From Dehalococcoidia bacterium (GTDB lineage Bacteria; Chloroflexota; Dehalococcoidia; Lucifugimonadales; VXLM01): a DNA stretch of 64,000 nucleotides. The position numbers were made by a program, and so were the translations under genes. Shown here piece after piece: positions 57,521 through 64,000 of this stretch. Positions within the stretch are counted from its first letter, which is position 1. Every line of letters starts with the position of its first letter. The notes beneath the pieces were generated by a model. The model was not told the origin of the DNA and ran no database searches. It was given only the letters and a program-made list of their open reading frames with translations. The DNA is taken from contig OY759598.1 of NCBI GenBank assembly GCA_963662435.1, positions 2,388,507 through 2,452,506 on the forward strand. Direction: 5' to 3'.

Positions 57521-59701
57521 ATGACGGACGCAAAATTCGGCTGGACCGAATTCTATATGGAGTTTGCGGACAAGCTCCTTGCTCATCGCGGTGACAGGAT
57601 ACCCCTTGTCGAGGCAGTACATCAGATCTTCGCCCACTCCGATCTCACATTCCCTCTCACGGATCAGTTCCAAGATGGCTCTAAAGGCCCACTACAAGAC
57701 ATCTGCCCGTTCACGATCATGGGAACCTTCAACCGGGGACTCACGGACACCAACAGGCGCACAATCGCTGCGGAACTCGGGCAATTCCTCGGCGTGAATG
57801 AACCTGCGCCCTCCTCCTTTGACGGCATACCCCTCGTGAATAACCAGAATTCGTGGTTTTTCTGGTATGCAAGGGATCGTGACGATGATGACATTGAGTC
57901 GCTGTGGGAGGTTTTCGAAGACGCGATCAAACTCGCAAATTCCGACGACGGGCGCGCCAGCCAGCTTTTTGTGGATTCGTACAATCAAGCCCTGTCGGTA
58001 AAGGGGGTGCGGAGAAATCTGACAATCGGCCTCTTCTGGATCCGTCCCCAGAATTACCCTACGTTGGATGGGAAGTCTGAAACATACATGACCTCTCGCT
58101 TGGGTATTGCAATGCCCAAGATACCGCTCTCGGGACATGAATACCTGGAACTTGCAGATGAATTGAAGCGGTGCTTCAACAAATCGGGCTCTGACGTTCA
58201 CTCGTTCCAAGAGCTCTCGCTGGCAGCCTACGACGAACCCACGACCGACAATCCGGTCTCACCAGTATGGTTGGTACGTGCAGGCGACAAAGGGCAAGAC
58301 GATGACGCCGACTTGGATAATGGCCTTACGATCCTTGGATGGCAAGAGGTTCCGGATTTGACAGGCGCGGTGGACAAGGACGAGGTCCACGAGCGAGTTC
58401 GGCAAGGATATCCCGATGAGTCAAATCAGTACATTGGGAGCACCAGGAGCCAACTTGCCGCCTTCTTGTTGGAAATGAGTGAAGGCGACATCGTAGTCCT
58501 CCCGCTGAAAACCAGGCCGGGGCAAGTGGCCCTCGGTCGGGTCACGGGGCCCTATGTCTATCAAGAGGTCGATGGTGTCGAGCGCCACACACGTTCAGTT
58601 GACTGGATTCGTCCAGACGTTCTTCGATCCGACTTCGGGCGAGACTTGCATGGGCCGCTCAATTTCAACCGGACAGTTTGGAGAATGCAGCGCAACGACG
58701 CCGACCCCCGAATATCAGCGATGATGGACGGAAGTCGAGATCCAAAAATCGACACGACCGAGGTGGAGACAGATGAACCGATACAACCGCCGCTTGAGTC
58801 TCCCGAAGTATCTCTATACAACCTCCAAGACATCATCGCGGACGGCTGTTTCCTCGAACAATCCAAGTTGGAAACGATCCTAAATCGTCTCAAGGTGAAG
58901 AAGAATCTCATACTTCAAGGGCCGCCGGGCACGGGCAAGACGTGGCTCGCCAAGAAACTCGCGTTCGCGCTACTTGGACAGAAGGACGATAGCCGCGTTC
59001 GTCGCTTTCAATTCCACCCGAACCTGTCTTATGAAGATTTCATTTTAGGTTATCGCCCAAGCGACGAGAGCAAGCTAACTCTCGTTGAAGGCCCATTCCT
59101 CAAGACGATCATCCGCGCAGAAGGCGATCAATCCAATGACTATGTCATAGTTATCGAAGAGATCAACCGCGGTAATCCCGCCCAGATCTTCGGGGAGATG
59201 CTCACCCTGCTGGAGTCCGACAAGCGCAACTCCGACGAGGCGTTAAGGCTGGCCTACTCAAGCTCCGATGCCGATCGGACCGTCCATATCCCCGAAAACG
59301 TGTACGTGATTGGCACGATGAATGTCGCAGACCGCTCCATAGCTCTGGTTGATCTGGCGCTTCGACGGCGGTTCACTTTCGTCGATCTCGAGCCGGTGTT
59401 CGGCGACGTCTGGCGAAACTGGGTGCGTGATCAGTGCGGCGTGCCTCTCAATGCACTAACGACCATTGAGCAAAAGTTGACAACCCTCAACGAGCGGATC
59501 GAGAACGACCGCAGTCTCGGCCCGCAGTTCCGCATCGGTCACAGCTACGTCACGCCTCCGCCTGGTACGCCAATTAACGATGCGGGCGAGTGGTTCAGGC
59601 AGATTGTCGAGACTGAGATCGGCCCGCTGTTGGATGAGTATTGGTTCGACAACGTATCGGAGGCCGAGAACGCGAAGATGGAGTTGCTGAGCGGGCTGTG
59701 A
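57521..59701 (+). CDS. mcrB: McrB-family AAA+ GTPase of a type IV modification-dependent restriction system
   Basis: GPPGTGKT, QFHPNLSYEDF, IEEINRG, GTMNVADRS (NxxD), ALRRRF; two N-terminal accessory domains. Confidence 0.92.
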   Translation: MTDAKFGWTEFYMEFADKLLAHRGDRIPLVEAVHQIFAHSDLTFPLTDQFQDGSKGPLQDICPFTIMGTFNRGLTDTNRRTIAAELGQFLGVNEPAPSSFDGIPLVNNQNSWFFWYARDRDDDDIESLWEVFEDAIKLANSDDGRASQLFVDSYNQALSVKGVRRNLTIGLFWIRPQNYPTLDGKSETYMTSRLGIAMPKIPLSGHEYLELADELKRCFNKSGSDVHSFQELSLAAYDEPTTDNPVSPVWLVRAGDKGQDDDADLDNGLTILGWQEVPDLTGAVDKDEVHERVRQGYPDESNQYIGSTRSQLAAFLLEMSEGDIVVLPLKTRPGQVALGRVTGPYVYQEVDGVERHTRSVDWIRPDVLRSDFGRDLHGPLNFNRTVWRMQRNDADPRISAMMDGSRDPKIDTTEVETDEPIQPPLESPEVSLYNLQDIIADGCFLEQSKLETILNRLKVKKNLILQGPPGTGKTWLAKKLAFALLGQKDDSRVRRFQFHPNLSYEDFILGYRPSDESKLTLVEGPFLKTIIRAEGDQSNDYVIVIEEINRGNPAQIFGEMLTLLESDKRNSDEALRLAYSSSDADRTVHIPENVYVIGTMNVADRSIALVDLALRRRFTFVDLEPVFGDVWRNWVRDQCGVPLNALTTIEQKLTTLNERIENDRSLGPQFRIGHSYVTPPPGTPINDAGEWFRQIVETEIGPLLDEYWFDNVSEAENAKMELLSGL

Positions 59702-60849
59702 TAGCGACAGCTGAAACAGTCACCGTCCCCACCATCGGACGTATCCCTGTCAGAAACATCTGGCTTCTGATGCTTTATGCTTCCGAGCTGTATCGTGAGC
59801 TTCCAAAGGCTCAGAGCGTGAACGTGGAGGACGACCCGGACGAGCTTCCCAACCTCGTCGCCGAACTGCTTACCCATGCCGTCGAACGCAGGATGCGGCG
59901 CAACCTCAACTACGGTTACCAACACAGGCAGGCCGACCTCAATCGGGTACGCGGACGCATCGACCTTCTCAGAACCGAACGCCGCCAGCTGCTTCAGCGT
60001 GGCAGGGTCGCATGCTCGTTCGAGGAGCTGACGGTCGATACACCACGCAATCGCTTTGTCAAGGCAGCGCTGAACTTACTGAACAGGATTGTCGGCAAAG
60101 ATGACCTCGCCCACCGCTGCCGAAACGTGGCGGCCAGCATGGAGCGCGCTGGTGTGACCGGAGACCTTGTGTCCAATAACCGCCGCCGTCCTAGGACGCC
60201 ACTTTCCCGTTTGGGACGACTCGGTGTGAATGATAGGGAAATGTTAGCAGCGGCACGTCTCGCCTTCGACCTCGCACTACCGACTGAGGATGTCGGTACA
60301 TCGCACCTTACGACACCGGACAAAGATGAGGTTTGGGCGCGAAAACTATTCGAAAAGGCGGTCGGAGGTTTCTACGATGTCGTCCTGTTCCCTCAAGGGT
60401 GGCGGGTGTCCCAAGGAAGCCGAATCTATTGGCCCGTTGGTGACCAATCTGCCGGTATTGCCGACATTCTCCCTTCCATGCAAACCGACATCGTGCTTGA
60501 GCGCCCTGTTCTCAACCACCCTGATGGTAGGAAAGAGAAGATGGTCGTCGACACCAAATTCGCGTCGATCCTCAAGCCCGGCCAATTCGAGAAGCAGAGA
60601 CTCAGGAGTGAATACATTTACCAGGTGTACGCCTATCTAATGTCCCAAGAACGCGAGGCTGACCCCGCCTCTCTCGACTCAACCGGAATCCTGCTCCACC
60701 CGTCCGTTGGTGAAGATCTCGACGAGTACGCCGTGATCCAAAGCCACAAGATACGCTTCGTCACCGTGAACTTGGCAGAGGACAGCAGGACCATCAGACG
60801 CCAGCTTCTTAGTGCGGTAGACGCTGACTCAGAGCCAAGTGTGTTCTGA
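59698..60849 (+). CDS. mcrC: McrC-family PD-(D/E)xK endonuclease subunit
   Basis: IPVRNIWLLMLYA, VRGRID, LFEKAV, TDIVL...VDTK, YQVYAYL; GTGA overlap with mcrB. Confidence 0.92.
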   Translation: MIATAETVTVPTIGRIPVRNIWLLMLYASELYRELPKAQSVNVEDDPDELPNLVAELLTHAVERRMRRNLNYGYQHRQADLNRVRGRIDLLRTERRQLLQRGRVACSFEELTVDTPRNRFVKAALNLLNRIVGKDDLAHRCRNVAASMERAGVTGDLVSNNRRRPRTPLSRLGRLGVNDREMLAAARLAFDLALPTEDVGTSHLTTPDKDEVWARKLFEKAVGGFYDVVLFPQGWRVSQGSRIYWPVGDQSAGIADILPSMQTDIVLERPVLNHPDGRKEKMVVDTKFASILKPGQFEKQRLRSEYIYQVYAYLMSQEREADPASLDSTGILLHPSVGEDLDEYAVIQSHKIRFVTVNLAEDSRTIRRQLLSAVDADSEPSVF

Positions 60850-60929
60850 AGCCGGCTACCGCCCAGCTTCGATCGAACCGGAATTGGAGCAGGCCTAGCT
60901 AAGCGCCCCGATGAATAAGCGCTCCGGCC

Positions 60930-61892
60930 TTAGCTCGTCGCCGCCCATTCCGGCCCGGCGAAGAGACTGCTGACCGACTCCCCCACGTGGATACGGCGCA
61001 TGGCTTCTCCCAGGAGTGGGGCCACGGACAGCACGTGCAGGTTGGGGATACCGTTGTCGCTGTAGGCAGAGACGGTGTCTGTGGTCACGATCTCGGTCAC
61101 GTCGCTTCTTGCGCTGAATCTCTCCGGTGCGGAGCCGGTGAACAGGCCGTGCGTGCAGACGACCGATTTCCGTTCCACTCCGCGCTCGCCCAGCTTGTCC
61201 AGCAGCGTCAGGACGCTTCCTCCTGTGGCGATCTCCTCGTCGAGCACAATGGCGTCCTTGCCGTCGACATCTCCGACGATCGTATCGATGACGACCTCGG
61301 TATCGCTGATGCGCTGCTTGTTGCCTGCCGCTACGGGCACGCCGAGGAGCCGCGCGAAGTAGGCCGCGTCCTTGGCCCTGCCGAAGTCTGGAGAGACCAC
61401 GACGGTGTTGGAGAGGTCTCGGTCCCGGAAGTGACCGGCCAGTATGTCGAGCGCTTCGAGGTGATCAACCGGCACGCTGAAGAAACCGTGCACCTGCGGC
61501 GCGTGGAGAGTCATAGTGAGCACGCGGTCAGCGCCCGCCGTAACCAGCAGGTCCGCCGTGAGGCGTCCTGCGATCGAGATTCTAGGGGCGGCCTTCTTGT
61601 CCGACCGGGCGTAACCGTAGTAAGGGATGACCGCGGTCACCCGTGAAGCCGAAGCGCCCCGGGCGGCGTCGAGCATTTGGAGAAGCTCCATCAGGTGCTC
61701 GTGCACCGGAGGAACGAGGGGCTGGATGATGAATACGTCCGTCTCGCGGCAGTTTTCTTTGAGTTGGACCTGGAGACAGCCGTTGCTGAACCTGGTGATG
61801 GTGGTGGGGCTCTGCGTCACTCCCAAATAGGAGCAAATGCTCTCGGCAAGATCGGGATGCGCGCTGCCCGTGAAGACGACGATCTTTCGCAT
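60930..61892 (-). CDS. prs: Ribose-phosphate pyrophosphokinase
   Basis: IPYYGYARSDKK, LHAPQVHGFF, VSPD, IATGGS, THGLF; start ATG 61892. Confidence 0.92.
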   Translation of the reverse strand: MRKIVVFTGSAHPDLAESICSYLGVTQSPTTITRFSNGCLQVQLKENCRETDVFIIQPLVPPVHEHLMELLQMLDAARGASASRVTAVIPYYGYARSDKKAAPRISIAGRLTADLLVTAGADRVLTMTLHAPQVHGFFSVPVDHLEALDILAGHFRDRDLSNTVVVSPDFGRAKDAAYFARLLGVPVAAGNKQRISDTEVVIDTIVGDVDGKDAIVLDEEIATGGSVLTLLDKLGERGVERKSVVCTHGLFTGSAPERFSARSDVTEIVTTDTVSAYSDNGIPNLHVLSVAPLLGEAMRRIHVGESVSSLFAGPEWAATS

Positions 61893-62010
61893 CTCAGGTG
61901 AGTCCTCCCCGGTACAGCGTACAAGTAGTGAAATCCGGTGAACAAGGTTATTCTGCCCAGTCTGCTGGAGGGCAAGAGCAGGGTCTCCACTCCGACAGGG
62001 GAACGTAGAC

Positions 62011-62919
62011 CTACTCCACGTCCAGCACGCTGTCCGGCGAGACCGTTGCATAGGCCATTCGGGTAATGAGGCCCACGGCATCCATTCCCTTAACCTGGTC
62101 CTCGGGGCGGTCGGAGGTCGAAAGACCCGCCACAAACATCGGGCCGGTGGGAAGGTAGACGATGCCCGTGTCGGCCTTGATGCGGCCGCTTCCGCCCGTC
62201 TTGCGCGCGGTCTCGATTTCCGGCTTCAGGTACTGGCGAATTCGGTTGGCGTTCTTCGGGACCGTCATCATCTCGATCATCTGCGCTGAGGCCTCGGCGC
62301 TGATCATCTCGCCGGCGTGAATCTTCTCCATGATGTCCACGAGGTCGCGGGCAGACGCGACGTTGTTCCGCAGATCGCTGGCAAAGGGCAGGTCTTTGTC
62401 TCCGGGACCGTCGTCCCTCTCACCGGAGCGTATTGCCGCATCGAGCTCCCTGGACGGCGTCTCCACGATCCCCCTCATAAGGTAATGCCACACCCCGAGG
62501 GGCATACAGGCACGGGTGTTGCGGTAGCCCATGCTGTCCATGGTCGCGTTGATCGACTCCGGCGTGAGCAGGAGGACAATCATATCCGTGGCCATGTTGT
62601 CGCTCACTCCCATCATTAGGCGGCTGTAGTCGCGGAGGGTCAACTCAGGGTTATCGTGCATGATGCTCAGCGTCCCCGTGCCGTGACCTGAGATGTCGTC
62701 GCGCATACGGTAGCGGTCGTCGAGGGAGATCACGCCCTCGTGCGCCTGCCGAAACAGCTCGATCATGATCGACACCTTGACGACCGAAGCCGTGGGCAGC
62801 GGCTCGTCGGCGTTGTATTCGTAGAACAAGCCGGTGTTGAGGTCCTTTATGCAGACGCCGATTCGCCCGGGTAAGCGGCTTGCAATCGCGTCCATCTCTT
62901 CGGCGGGAAACGATGCCAT
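62011..62919 (-). CDS. Class A beta-lactamase-like serine hydrolase
   Basis: SVVK (SxxK), SDN and KTG triad motifs; no signal peptide evident. Confidence 0.85.
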   Translation of the reverse strand: MASFPAEEMDAIASRLPGRIGVCIKDLNTGLFYEYNADEPLPTASVVKVSIMIELFRQAHEGVISLDDRYRMRDDISGHGTGTLSIMHDNPELTLRDYSRLMMGVSDNMATDMIVLLLTPESINATMDSMGYRNTRACMPLGVWHYLMRGIVETPSRELDAAIRSGERDDGPGDKDLPFASDLRNNVASARDLVDIMEKIHAGEMISAEASAQMIEMMTVPKNANRIRQYLKPEIETARKTGGSGRIKADTGIVYLPTGPMFVAGLSTSDRPEDQVKGMDAVGLITRMAYATVSPDSVLDVE

Positions 62920-63062
62920 CTCCAACCCCCTTGCCAGCCGGATACGGCGTAGTCTAGGTAGGGCGGGAACGCCTGTCAAACCGCTCCGAGATTGCGGAGT
63001 GCGCTTGTGTGTTGGTCAAAGATTCCCCTACCCTTAGCGCGAGGTGCCATGGAAACAGCCCT

Positions 63063-63698
63063 ATGACAACTAAGGAAATACAGATCGTCGAAGGCAACGA
63101 CCGGGAGTACGTGGACGACGCGCTCCACCTGACCTTCGAGGCCTTCGCTAAGAAGTTTCGCATCGGTTTCAGAAACGCCGACGACTTCGTTCGCCTCTTT
63201 CGAGACTCGGTCGACCCGGAGAACTGTCTCTTCGCCATAGTCGACGGCGAGCTCTGGGGTGTCTTGGCATTCAAGACGACCGGTCATGAGTTCTACCAAC
63301 TGAACTTGAAGACGCCCTTTGAGAGATTCTCTCCCTTTAGGGCCGGCCTCATACTATTCAATCTCATATTGCTTGACCTTGAGGACGCCGTGCGGGCTGA
63401 TGAATTTCACATTGATGTACTGGCCGTCGTGCCATTTTCGCGGGGCATGGGGATCGGCACGGCGTTGATACAAAAGGCAGAGGTTAAAGCCGAATCAGGG
63501 GGGAAGCGCATGATGTCCCTGGGGGTCATCGCGGAGAACGATGGCGCAATTCGGCTGTACGAACGACTGGGGTACAGGACCACTCGAACTTGGCGGGGAT
63601 TCCTCGTGCGACTCTCGGCAAAGTCAAAAGAAGTGCGGCGCATGGAAAAACCTCTCACAGGTGAACTACCGGACGACGAAGACGGCAGCGTGGCGTGA
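63063..63698 (+). CDS. GNAT-family N-acetyltransferase
   Basis: LAV.P..RGMGIGTALI, N..AIRLYERLGY. Confidence 0.88.
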   Translation: MTTKEIQIVEGNDREYVDDALHLTFEAFAKKFRIGFRNADDFVRLFRDSVDPENCLFAIVDGELWGVLAFKTTGHEFYQLNLKTPFERFSPFRAGLILFNLILLDLEDAVRADEFHIDVLAVVPFSRGMGIGTALIQKAEVKAESGGKRMMSLGVIAENDGAIRLYERLGYRTTRTWRGFLVRLSAKSKEVRRMEKPLTGELPDDEDGSVA

Positions 63699-63726
63699 TA
63701 TTTCGGACTCGATTAAGGAGCAGGCA

Positions 63727-64000
63727 TTGAGCATTACCGTACCCGACTGGGTGACGTATCCCGAAGAGGACTGGGAGCGGATCACGCCCGACGAGGCCGG
63801 TCTCGACCAGGAAGCATTCCGGCAGTGGGTCGATGGTCTCGACGTGAAGGGGGCGAGTTTTGGCGGCGAGGACCATTCGGGCCAAGAGTACGGGGCCGTG
63901 CTCACGCGCGGAGGGTACCTCGTCCAGTCGTGGGGAGATCGGCACTACTCGCACCACACGGCGTCTGTGGGAAAGGCCCTGACGTGGGCGGTCCTGGGAT
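63727..64000 (+). CDS. Beta-lactamase-family serine hydrolase, 3'-truncated by the window edge
   Basis: Not in the ORF track; RBS AAGGAG then TTG: MSITVPDWVTYPEEDWERITPDEAGLD...RGGYLVQSWG....HTASVGK (SxxK). Confidence 0.7.
   Translation, partial: MSITVPDWVTYPEEDWERITPDEAGLDQEAFRQWVDGLDVKGASFGGEDHSGQEYGAVLTRGGYLVQSWGDRHYSHHTASVGKALTWAVLG

Noticed and set aside
61893..62135. 81-aa N-terminal extension of Prs
   Set aside because: It overlaps the neighbouring hydrolase gene; Prs homology starts at ATG 61892.
62011..64000. Beta-lactamase + GNAT + beta-lactamase as a resistance island
   Set aside because: The folds are generic and common in such genomes, there are no evident signal peptides or mobility marks, and substrates cannot be inferred.
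1..64000. tRNA, rRNA or selenocysteine recoding
   Set aside because: No cloverleaf-like or rRNA-like segments, and no in-frame TGA at catalytic positions, were noticed by eye; a covariance-model scan would be needed to exclude small ncRNAs.

Overview
High-GC bacterial DNA, most consistent with a Dehalococcoidia/SAR202-like Chloroflexota genome, possibly host-associated (e.g. sponge). This is an inference from the gene order and from the luciferase-like, PhyH and eukaryote-like LRR genes. Left to right the window holds: a speD-like gene plus agmatinase; hsp20 divergent from dnaJ-like/hspR; a core MetE-like gene; and a ~17-kb ABC-dependent surface-polysaccharide locus (wzm, Wzt fused to a plant-type LRR domain, two methyltransferase/coiled-coil/double-glycosyltransferase paralogs, a heparinase II/III-like lipoprotein, wecB, wecC, GT4). 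The heparinase-like gene is split by a complete 3,459-bp IS1595-family element (30-bp TIRs, 8-bp TSD) that carries a P63C protein and a DNA methyltransferase-HNH fusion. Next come an AmiS/UreI-like channel, prkA, bcp, a tRNA nucleotidyltransferase, a P-loop kinase, an LLM monooxygenase and an orphan family-5 SBP. The str-S10-spc-alpha ribosomal superoperon follows on the minus strand; it lacks tuf and rpsN, its S17 has a ~210-aa acidic repeat tail, and its S12 carries both K43R and K88R equivalents. The right end has an ECF sigma / membrane-anchored LRR / LRR lipoprotein cassette, PhyH, McrBC, prs, serine hydrolases and a GNAT. The best candidates for undescribed biology are the ECF sigma with an LRR-ectodomain anti-sigma, the Wzt-LRR fusion, and the IS1595 carrying an MTase-HNH cargo. 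No rRNA, tRNA or CRISPR array was seen.
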